Source of the DNA: a bacterium
GTDB taxonomy: Bacteria; Patescibacteriota; Minisyncoccia; Phycocordibacterales; UBA12088
Reading direction: 5' to 3'
Assembly: GCA_003252295.1 (NCBI GenBank)
Contig: QKEV01000013.1
Coordinates: forward strand, 25,920-89,919
Length of the DNA: 64,000 bases
Shown: piece by piece, positions 56,308 through 64,000 of the stretch
Numbering within the stretch: the first letter of the stretch is position 1
Layout of the letters: the number at the start of each line of letters is the position of its first letter
Notes under the pieces: generated by a model
What the model was told of the DNA's origin: nothing
Databases searched by the model: none
The model's input: only the letters and a program-made list of their open reading frames with translations
Translations under genes and position numbers: made by a program

Positions 56308-58596
56308 CTAATTTGAATTTCCTTCAACAATCTTCTTAACTTTCTCAAACACACTTCTCTCATATTCATCAAAACTATCACTGATTTCTTTAGCAAAATC
56401 CGAATTCGGGTTTTCATAGAACTCAAGGATTTTATGGGGCACCCCATAGTCTCCAACAAGACGACCCTCTTCCGTCAACGCATTATATTCCAGTCTTAAC
56501 AACAAGATATCTATACCCGACACTTCATCAAATGTTTTGTTGGTTTCTGTTGTGCGAATAAACTTGTACATCAAATTAAATACTCCGAGATATTTAACTG
56601 CTTGGTACTTCAAAGTGTTGTAGATAAAATCAGCTGTTTGTCTTATTGCCTCATCAACTTTACCACCTTTATCAATCTTAAATCGCATTGACCCAGCAAA
56701 TCCATCTCGCATGTAATAATGAAGCAAGAAAACAAATAGCGAATATTCCCTATCACCAATTCTTTGGTCTATTAAATATGACAATTTTTCATTATTTACA
56801 ATTGGTCGCACTACATTAAGCAGTATTTGTAGACCCTCAAAATCTACTCCTGAAGAAGTGTTTATATGGGCAATAAGTTTTCTTATCTGTGCTCTTTCGT
56901 CTTGAGTCAACTCCTTTATCCTGTCGTAAACTTTTATCTTGTCTTCTCGGCTAACAACCTTAAATCTGTCCATGATTTCTTCAGGGATTTCTCTTTCAAG
57001 CTGTTCTTGTACAATATTCTTCTTTCTCCCTAAATCTTCAATACTAAGATATTGCTCTTTTGAATAAAACAAATCGATTTCATCCTTGACCGAGTTAACG
57101 TCATAGTTTTTGTGTTTAATTTCCAAAGGACTGGAATCAACAGCATCCATAAATTTATTTTGTAAGACAATAACCCTACCACTATAGTGATGTTGGAACC
57201 TACCAGCTCTGCCAGCGATATTTTTTGCATCAAATCTTTTAAGATCTTTATCCCCTTTTTTTGATTGCACTACAATTAAATTTTTAGCTGATGTGTTTAC
57301 TCCTTCAGTGATGGTTGTGGTCGATATCAATATAGATAGTTTCCCTTCATTGAAAAGTGAAACTATCTCCTTCTGGATATATTTTGGAACAAGTCCATGA
57401 TGAATACCAACACCATTCTTCAATGCGTTGATTAGAACCCAGTCCTTATGAAAATTTTCTTCAAGATGCTTTATGAAAAATTCATAACCAGAAAAATCCC
57501 ATCTGTTATTATTTTCCGATTTGATAATATACTTTGCATATCGCTCTACATCACCTCTTCTTGGGCAATATAAAATTGTATTTTCATTTCTTTTCTCCAA
57601 GTCAGACAATATTTTCATCAATCTTTGAATCTTTCTGTTATTTTCAAAATTTACTATGAAACCTTCATCAACAATCAGTTGTTTTCTATTTGTCACCTCG
57701 ACATATTTTTTGCCTACAGTTTCAATATTATTGAAATTTAATACTTTAACATGATTTTCTTTTAGAAAGAGGTTGAATGAGTTCGTGTCTGATTTGGAAA
57801 ATTCAATATAAGGACCTGCCATTAAAATATCGGTATCCCCTTTAAGTGAGTAGTGTGTTGCAATTCTATATGCGACATCACGCTCGTTTTCTTTTGTCTG
57901 GTCATCTACAATATATTCATTATCTATTTTGTACACCTCATCAATAAACACAAAATCAAATGTAATGTTTTTCGTATTTCTTTCGAGAAAAGAAAGGAAT
58001 CTCTCTGGTGTATATATAAAAATATTTTTATCTCCAATATCATCCACTTCACTCAATGTGTGAATTGTGTATTCGGTTTCTAAATCAGAATACTCACTGT
58101 TTGTATTGATACGTTCAAGATTTTCTGACAACAAAGCAATCGTAGGGAAAATCAAAACTACATTTTTATACTTCATTTTCCTAATCACTTCGTAGGCAAC
58201 AAAAGTCTTTCCAAAGGAAGTGCTGGCTGACAGAAAAAACCTATTAAGCTCCCCTCGTTTAAACGTGTCAACAACAGTCTTTTGATATTTGTGTAATTTT
58301 AGTGATTCTGATCTATGAAGGACGCTCTCGTAGAATATCGCTGAAAAAGTATTCAAATTGAATACCTCAAAGTCTTCGATTTTGTTGAATTTTGATAGCA
58401 AGTCGAAATAATGAGGTATGCCAACAACGTTTGATATGAATTTCAAGAACTGAAAATCAGCTTGTGACAAAGGCTGATTTTTAATATCATCAAAATAAGA
58501 ATTGACCACGGTTATAAGCTCGTGGTCACGAATCTCATCATTTCTATATTTATTTATAGACGTTATGACATCAGCTCCTTTTTTGATTCTATCCAT
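56308..58596 (-). CDS. Superfamily-2 helicase (DExH-type), HamB-like
   Basis: 762 aa; Walker A LSASTSFGKTF, Walker B VFIDEVY, helicase-C motifs ITEGVN and AGRAGRF; overlaps the upstream DUF1837-like gene by 34 nt. Confidence 0.6.
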   Translation of the reverse strand: MDRIKKGADVITSINKYRNDEIRDHELITVVNSYFDDIKNQPLSQADFQFLKFISNVVGIPHYFDLLSKFNKIEDFEVFNLNTFSAIFYESVLHRSESLKLHKYQKTVVDTFKRGELNRFFLSASTSFGKTFVAYEVIRKMKYKNVVLIFPTIALLSENLERINTNSEYSDLETEYTIHTLSEVDDIGDKNIFIYTPERFLSFLERNTKNITFDFVFIDEVYKIDNEYIVDDQTKENERDVAYRIATHYSLKGDTDILMAGPYIEFSKSDTNSFNLFLKENHVKVLNFNNIETVGKKYVEVTNRKQLIVDEGFIVNFENNRKIQRLMKILSDLEKRNENTILYCPRRGDVERYAKYIIKSENNNRWDFSGYEFFIKHLEENFHKDWVLINALKNGVGIHHGLVPKYIQKEIVSLFNEGKLSILISTTTITEGVNTSAKNLIVVQSKKGDKDLKRFDAKNIAGRAGRFQHHYSGRVIVLQNKFMDAVDSSPLEIKHKNYDVNSVKDEIDLFYSKEQYLSIEDLGRKKNIVQEQLEREIPEEIMDRFKVVSREDKIKVYDRIKELTQDERAQIRKLIAHINTSSGVDFEGLQILLNVVRPIVNNEKLSYLIDQRIGDREYSLFVFLLHYYMRDGFAGSMRFKIDKGGKVDEAIRQTADFIYNTLKYQAVKYLGVFNLMYKFIRTTETNKTFDEVSGIDILLLRLEYNALTEEGRLVGDYGVPHKILEFYENPNSDFAKEISDSFDEYERSVFEKVKKIVEGNSN

Positions 58597-59504
58597 GATA
58601 TTACATCGCGTTTAATCCCACCCACATCATCTACTGGTAACAAAATGAAAAAAAGGGAGAAATCTATTGATAAATCAGACTTAAGTGTGTCATGCACTTG
58701 ATCAACGTACTCGGGTATCTTTTTGATACTAGCATCGTAGTCTTTCTCACCTTCATAGAGGAGAAATATTGGGTAAACAAATTTTACGTTGTATTTCTCC
58801 AGCTCTTCGGCTAAAACGATTTGAGGGTTGGACCGCCATGCATCAATGAGCTTCCCAACTACACTGTTCTTCGTGTCGATGTTAAGATTGTTTTTATTGT
58901 TATCAATAATTGCTAACAGGTTTTTACTTAGGTACTTTTTTGAAAGTACTTTTTCTAACTTCCAGCCAGATTGAAGTCCTTTAGAAGCATCTTCTGCACC
59001 AAGAACACTGTTGATTGCCGCTTTGTAATTTTTATAAAACTTTGCCTCTCCGAACCACAGTTCAACAGTGTCATTGTGTTCGACTAAATGATAGGCGTCA
59101 TATCCCTTTGGTTCGGAGTTCTCTAATGGAGAATAAAAATAGCCCCTAGCAATTATTGGTTTGGTACCGTATATCACTTGCAGAATTGAAAAAAGAAGTA
59201 TTTCGCCATAAAAACCATATTTACTTTTCTCTAAATCTTCGGCATTACTGTCGTACTTAATTTTTGTTTCCAGAGCTCGAGCGTGTAGATTTGCATAGTC
59301 GTCTGGGTCAATATCATATTCATTAAAAGAAAAATCTATTAGGGCATTATAAATTATTTCCTTCAAAGACTCCGTATCATAAGCAGAGTAACAATGATCG
59401 TGGTCGGTGCTAATCTTTGCGGCTGAAATAGACTTGCTTGAGTGTGGCAAATGATATTCCAAAACTACTGTCTTCTCTATTAAATCTTGTAGTGATTGCC
59501 TCAT
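58563..59504 (-). CDS. HamA/DUF1837-like protein with PD-(D/E)xK-type motif, partner of the helicase (Hachiman-like pair)
   Basis: 313 aa; D...ELWFGEAK (D-E-x-K) nuclease-like motif; size and position (immediately upstream, overlapping) match Hachiman hamA-hamB. Confidence 0.45.
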   Translation of the reverse strand: MRQSLQDLIEKTVVLEYHLPHSSKSISAAKISTDHDHCYSAYDTESLKEIIYNALIDFSFNEYDIDPDDYANLHARALETKIKYDSNAEDLEKSKYGFYGEILLFSILQVIYGTKPIIARGYFYSPLENSEPKGYDAYHLVEHNDTVELWFGEAKFYKNYKAAINSVLGAEDASKGLQSGWKLEKVLSKKYLSKNLLAIIDNNKNNLNIDTKNSVVGKLIDAWRSNPQIVLAEELEKYNVKFVYPIFLLYEGEKDYDASIKKIPEYVDQVHDTLKSDLSIDFSLFFILLPVDDVGGIKRDVISWIESKKELMS

Positions 59505-59534
59505 GGTTAAAATTGATAATACCCAAACATATTT

Positions 59535-60050
59535 TTACCAATTCTGCCACTCTACAGGAGTTCCGAATCGATTTATACTCAATAACTTCTTACTACGCTT
59601 TTTATCAAAAGCAATCAGGATGAAACTTTTGTTGTCATCATACTCTCCGCCTGTTTCTTGGGAAATTCTTGATAGTTTTTCAAGGTCTCCAGCAATAATT
59701 CTATCGTACTTAGTGTTGCTTTCTTTGTTATTTAATCTGCGTAATTTGATTTCGATGATACAGTAGTATTTATTGAATGAATACCCTTTCGAAGGCAACC
59801 TAACAGGATTGACATTAAGATTTCTGTGATCAAGTACAACCAAATCTGAACGGTATTTCAAGTCATTGTTCCTTCCGTACCATCTTACCTCAGCATGCAC
59901 ATTCACATTTCTGTTTCCGTTTAGTGCGGACTCAAGTTTTGTATATAGCCTACAACGAATATCATCTTCAGTGAGAAAATCATCCATGCGCCACTTACTG
60001 GAATAAAACTCTGTGACTGCTTTTAATATTGTTTTTTGAATTTTACTCAT
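59535..60050 (-). CDS. Small PD-(D/E)xK-like protein, function unknown
   Basis: 171 aa; SDLVVLD...YCIIEIKLRR resembles a restriction-endonuclease-fold core. Confidence 0.35.
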   Translation of the reverse strand: MSKIQKTILKAVTEFYSSKWRMDDFLTEDDIRCRLYTKLESALNGNRNVNVHAEVRWYGRNNDLKYRSDLVVLDHRNLNVNPVRLPSKGYSFNKYYCIIEIKLRRLNNKESNTKYDRIIAGDLEKLSRISQETGGEYDDNKSFILIAFDKKRSKKLLSINRFGTPVEWQNW

Positions 60051-60074
60051 GATGTGACGCGACTCTTTATGCTC

Positions 60075-61463
60075 TTATGATTTACAAACTTCCTTAAGAT
60101 AACCAATGTTTAGCCAAAAACACTTCTTTGTAACTTGTTCACCTTGAGGTGTTCCGTATGTATCCTCAGCATTTTTGGCATGAGGTCTTACGTGAGACAC
60201 ATTTGATTCATTTGATGTTGGTAGCCTATCTGAGTGACCTGCGTTAATTCTTTTGATAGTCATCTCCCAAACACGCCGAGCTTCAACAAGGTCACTAGTT
60301 GGCATTGTCCAAAAAAACACCCTCTCTAACAGTCGGTCTTCTTCTTTGGCACATACATTTGTACACTTATACACGACAAAAAGGAAACGTGACTCAAGTT
60401 GCTTCTGGAACTCAGCACGCACCTCATCCTCTTCCTCGTCACCATCCCACACCTCATTGATGATCTCGGTGTATTTGAATGTCGGGAATGACATAGCTTC
60501 TTTTGGTGTACCGTCAGCCTTAAGCTGAATGGTCTTCATTGTTACTCCTGCAGCCTCAAACTCCTCTATACGTTTCTTCTTCACTCCCATCATGGCTCTC
60601 GCCAATACCGCATACTTATCTTTCTGCTTTTCCTTGAGTTCAACACCAAGTTCCTTGGCTATCGTACTCACTGATTTCCCAAGATACGGAGTGAATCTGT
60701 CTATGACCTGTTGTTCGAACGACCTGTCTTCAGAGAGTTCTCTTTCCGTAAGCAACTGTTCGATATCATCATCATCACCTAACTCCCTCTTGAGAAGTCG
60801 TGTCATGTAACTCGACTTATAGGAGAATGCGCGTGGCTTTGCTTTTGGTCCATTCACCTGAGGTCGTCGGTTTGCTGACGTTGCTGATTTCGTACAAGCA
60901 CCAAGATACATCGTGTCTCCCTCTGACAGCTCATGTGCAAGGTTGGCTTTGATCTTCGTGTTTATCTTCTCCCAATCCTCTCGAATGATCTTCTGGTCCT
61001 CTTTTGGCAGTTTGTCGAATTCATAGAGCTTTGCCAAAAGGAATCGAACATCACCGATCGTCTTACCTTCCTCATGAAGGTAAGAGAGTAACATCAGTTT
61101 CTCATTCTTCTTGAAATACGAACTGGTCTTGAACTCTCGCTTCGTCTCTTCAAGATAATCGATCATTCCAAGTACCAGTCGCTCCTTAGCAGCATAACTA
61201 CCATTCTTGTTCTTCTTTACAGGGGTCGTCTTGAGTTCGACACCTGCTTCCTTGAAATCGGGGGAGCCGTCACCTTCTGGATGTATGTCGTAATAATATC
61301 TTTCTACCACGTTCCCGAGAGAGCCACGTGTTCGTCCCGAGATAGGTAACCCTTTCTCGCTTTGAGGTACTTCTTGTACACCCTGAACCATAGTTAGACT
61401 ACCGCCCACAAGACGCTTCCCGTACTCCTCTATACTTTTTGGATCTGTTTGATCGTACTGCAT
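60075..61463 (-). CDS. MutH/Sau3AI-family type II restriction endonuclease (GATC-type by family)
   Basis: 462 aa; N-terminal catalytic motif GSPDFKEAGVELKTTPV equals MutH PDF...GVELKT; size and two-domain layout like Sau3AI. Confidence 0.7.
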   Translation of the reverse strand: MQYDQTDPKSIEEYGKRLVGGSLTMVQGVQEVPQSEKGLPISGRTRGSLGNVVERYYYDIHPEGDGSPDFKEAGVELKTTPVKKNKNGSYAAKERLVLGMIDYLEETKREFKTSSYFKKNEKLMLLSYLHEEGKTIGDVRFLLAKLYEFDKLPKEDQKIIREDWEKINTKIKANLAHELSEGDTMYLGACTKSATSANRRPQVNGPKAKPRAFSYKSSYMTRLLKRELGDDDDIEQLLTERELSEDRSFEQQVIDRFTPYLGKSVSTIAKELGVELKEKQKDKYAVLARAMMGVKKKRIEEFEAAGVTMKTIQLKADGTPKEAMSFPTFKYTEIINEVWDGDEEEDEVRAEFQKQLESRFLFVVYKCTNVCAKEEDRLLERVFFWTMPTSDLVEARRVWEMTIKRINAGHSDRLPTSNESNVSHVRPHAKNAEDTYGTPQGEQVTKKCFWLNIGYLKEVCKS

Positions 61464-61554
61464 ATTTGATCTTTGACCACATCTGTGTTCGAATAGGTCA
61501 CGAACTTGATCTCACCAATTTCCGATGATATGATAGTAGCACTCGAAGAAAGGT

Positions 61555-62874
61555 ATGGCTAGAAAAAACAGTAATTTAAGGGTCATTGAATTGTTTGCGG
61601 GAGTGGGTGGTTTTAGGGTCGGTTTTGAGAATGCTGCAAAGAACAGGTTCAATACCGTATGGTTCAATCAATGGGAACCTGGGAAGAAACAACAGCATGC
61701 ACACGATGTGTATACAAGACACTGGGGCTCGAAAGGTCTCAAGCATACGGAAACCGATATAGAAAAGGTTGTGAGAGACCACATCGACGTTGTACCTGAC
61801 CACGATCTCTTGGTCGGAGGTTTCCCATGTCAGGATTACTCTGTTGCGAAACCATTACGACAATCTGCAGGAATAATCGGTAAAAAGGGGGTCCTTTGGT
61901 GGTCCATAGTCTCATTGGTACAACAACTCCAAGAAGACAAAAAACGTACTGCGCCTAAACTGTTACTCCTTGAGAATGTCGACCGACTCTTGAAATCCCC
62001 TGGAACTCAACGTGGACGTGACTTCGCTATCATGCTTCGTTCACTAGAGACACTTGGGTACGATGTCGAATGGCGGGTCATCAACGCCGCTGATTATGGT
62101 TTTCCCCAGAGACGTAGGAGGATCTTCATCCTTGCCTACAAGAACGATACAGGCATAGCAAAAGAAATGCGTAAACAAGGACACGAGAAATGGTTCCGAG
62201 CAGGGACACTGGGAAAGGCATTCCCTATCGAACATCCAGACCTGTCTCATTTCCAAGAGATACTTCTTGAAGAAGATGAGAAGCAGATATCTGACAATTT
62301 TGGTCGAGGTCTTAAGATCTCCCCTTTCCATAACGCTGGAGTGATGATCAAAGGTAGGGTGTATACAGGCAAGGTCACCCACAAGGCACCGAGGTCTTTC
62401 GTCACTCTAGGTGACCTACTTCTCACAGACGAAGAGGTCATTGAACGATTCGGTGAGAAGTACTTCATTGATGACAAGGGTGTCATTGCCAAATGGGAGG
62501 TACAAAAAGGACCAAAGAAGATCGAGCGTATCAACAAACAAACAGGTATACCGTACACGTTCTCAGAGGGCGGCATGGCTTTCCCTGACCCACTTGAAAG
62601 ACCATCAAGGACCATCGTGACAGGTGAAGGTGGTAGTGGTCCTTCACGTTTCAAACATGTGGTAAGGTCACCACAAAGTGGACGCTTCCGAAGACTCACC
62701 CCTGTTGAACTTGAGCGACTCAGCATGTTCCCTGATGATCACACAGCCCTAGGTCTTAACGGAGAGATGTCTGACAATACGCGTGCATTCTTCATCGGTA
62801 ACGCACTTGTCACAGGTGTCGTCACAAAGATAGGAAGGCAGTTGATAAAACATGTCGATGAATACGGAGTCTAG
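61555..62874 (+). CDS. DNA (cytosine-5)-methyltransferase
   Basis: 439 aa; motifs I LFAGVGG, IV GFPCQDYS, VI ENV, VIII QRRRR, X GNALV. Confidence 0.92.
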   Translation: MARKNSNLRVIELFAGVGGFRVGFENAAKNRFNTVWFNQWEPGKKQQHAHDVYTRHWGSKGLKHTETDIEKVVRDHIDVVPDHDLLVGGFPCQDYSVAKPLRQSAGIIGKKGVLWWSIVSLVQQLQEDKKRTAPKLLLLENVDRLLKSPGTQRGRDFAIMLRSLETLGYDVEWRVINAADYGFPQRRRRIFILAYKNDTGIAKEMRKQGHEKWFRAGTLGKAFPIEHPDLSHFQEILLEEDEKQISDNFGRGLKISPFHNAGVMIKGRVYTGKVTHKAPRSFVTLGDLLLTDEEVIERFGEKYFIDDKGVIAKWEVQKGPKKIERINKQTGIPYTFSEGGMAFPDPLERPSRTIVTGEGGSGPSRFKHVVRSPQSGRFRRLTPVELERLSMFPDDHTALGLNGEMSDNTRAFFIGNALVTGVVTKIGRQLIKHVDEYGV

Positions 62875-63307
62875 GGAATACGTACGTGACAAACGTTCTC
62901 CAAAACCAAAAAGTAAGGGTGTCTCGCGAGTAATGCGTGCAAACAAGGCGAAGGATACAGGACCAGAGATACTTCTCAGAAAAGAACTATGGAAGCAGGG
63001 GGTTCGAGGGTACCGCCTCCATAAACGCATTGGAAACACCAGACCTGATATCATCTTCCCAAAACAAAAAGTGGCCGTCTTCGTCAACGGTTGCTTTTGG
63101 CATCAGTGTCCATACTGCAAACTCCCATCGCCAAAGAACAATACGGATTTCTGGTCAGAGAAATTCACAAAGAACAAGGCGCGTGACCAAAAGAAGAGAA
63201 CGGAACTCAAGAAACTTGGCTGGAAAGTGGTCACGATATGGGAATGTAGATTGAAAAAGAGCATGATCAGACAAGCTGACAAGATACGCCTCAATCTATC
63301 AATATGA
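62852..63307 (+). CDS. vsr: Very-short-patch repair endonuclease
   Basis: 151 aa; PDIIFPKQKVAVFVNGCFWHQCPYC; overlaps the MTase 3' end as in dcm-vsr pairs. Confidence 0.9.
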   Translation: MSMNTESREYVRDKRSPKPKSKGVSRVMRANKAKDTGPEILLRKELWKQGVRGYRLHKRIGNTRPDIIFPKQKVAVFVNGCFWHQCPYCKLPSPKNNTDFWSEKFTKNKARDQKKRTELKKLGWKVVTIWECRLKKSMIRQADKIRLNLSI

Positions 63308-63857
63308 CATTCTTTTCCTTCAACGATATTTGAGATCTAAAACATCCAAGTATCTCCCTTTTCTCTTCCAGAGTTCCCTCTTTGAGAAGGAACTTCACAT
63401 AGTTCTTGGTATCTATGTCTGACACCTTTGTGTTTGTTCTCTTCCCCAACAAGCTACTCTGGAAACGCTTCTGTCTTGTCACCTCTTCTTTAATCTTCCT
63501 GATGATACCTGTCTCATTGAGTTCAACTGTATCTACCAGTCCCTGAAGTTGTTTTATAAGCACATCTTCGTTTATGTACCCACACTTGCAGTACTTATCA
63601 CGTGCTTTCGTACAGCCATAGTAGACATACGTGTTCACTGCCCCGTTCTTCAACTTCTTGTACTTCTCGTCTGCCGATATACCACTTCCACATAACCCGC
63701 ACTTCATGAGTCGTGTGAATGCGAATTCTTTCTCTTGCCGAGTCTTCAGTGTATTCCCTTTCAATTGTTCCTGTACGAGGTCAAAAAGTTCTTTGGTGAT
63801 TAGAGGTTCATGTTTTCCCTTGTACCATTTTCCACTCTTCCTTGGATACTCAAACAC
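63291..63857 (-). pseudogene. C-terminal part of a large serine recombinase (zinc beta-ribbon + coiled-coil); upstream part interrupted by an in-frame stop and continuing past the window
   Basis: KCGLCGSGISADEKYKK...VYYGCTKARDKYCKCGY is the recombinase zinc-ribbon. Translation upstream of 63857 (…KMFEKVAYEKWSGKKLYHWLKFDLNFRALPSKK) is recombinase-domain-like but ends in TGA just before this ORF. Confidence 0.5.
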
Positions 63858-64000
63858 TCCGTAGTAGAAATGGTTCTCAAGTAAGTAGTAGATTTAAATG
63901 TTTCTTACTAGGAAGCGCACGAAAGTTGAGATCAAACTTGAGCCAATGGTAGAGCTTCTTTCCACTCCATTTCTCATAGGCGACCTTCTCAAACATCTTC

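Larger units (their letters stand above)
55700..64000. mobile_element. Putative genomic (defense) island adjacent to the tRNA-Ser 3' end; distal boundary not in window
   Basis: Starts right after tRNA-Ser. Visibly AT-richer over 55.7-60.1 kb. Cargo is defense genes (Hachiman-like pair, RM, vsr). A serine-recombinase fragment sits at the far edge. Confidence 0.5.

Noticed and set aside
60075-61463. MutH-family gene as a housekeeping mismatch-repair mutH
   Set aside because: At 462 aa with a second domain it matches Sau3AI-like restriction enzymes rather than ~230-aa MutH. It sits beside a C5-methyltransferase and vsr inside an island, and no mutS/mutL context is present.

Overview
This window reads as a compact, gene-dense bacterial chromosome segment, mostly coding on the minus strand, with the gene content and short ORFs typical of a reduced-genome (CPR/Patescibacteria-like) organism; that taxonomic call is inference only.

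Housekeeping blocks:
- argS lies next to a truncated IleRS-like gene at the window start.
- glyA is followed by a tight dTMP-synthesis cluster: dut, thyA, a HIT-family protein, an extended dCMP deaminase, an HxGH nucleotidyltransferase and folA.
- A NAD-malic enzyme follows.
- The secE-nusG-rplK block follows.
- rplS, an rluA-family gene, a polyprenyl synthase, uppS and acyP follow.
- A MerR regulator sits upstream of three small enzymes.
- A pilM-pilN-pilO operon, a DedA protein, a CsaA-like tRNA-binding protein and ruvX complete the core.

RNA genes are tRNA-His(GTG), tRNA-Leu(GAG), tRNA-Val(TAC), tRNA-Arg(TCT) and tRNA-Ser(TGA). Four of them are followed by short displaced copies of their own ends.

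Accessory regions:
1. Three tandem paralogous secreted proteins built from an uncharacterised ~80-aa N/T/G-rich module.
2. A ~15 kb glycan or protein-glycosylation locus ending at a likely major surface protein. It holds GT4 and GT2 glycosyltransferases, a fused double GT4, a flippase, a deacetylase, a GH5-like hydrolase, duplicated ATP-grasp genes and a giant polytopic membrane protein.
3. An extracytoplasmic thiol-disulfide module containing a cysteine-less TlpA-like protein.
4. An AT-rich genomic island inserted next to tRNA-Ser. It carries a Hachiman-like pair (DUF1837-like plus SF2 helicase), a Sau3AI/MutH-type restriction enzyme with a C5-methyltransferase and vsr, two uncharacterised small genes and a disrupted serine recombinase.

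The most unusual single gene is the IleRS-family protein at the window start. It has a degenerate HIGH motif (HAGS), an intact CP1 editing domain, and a histidine-phosphatase domain where the KMSKS half of the Rossmann fold should be.
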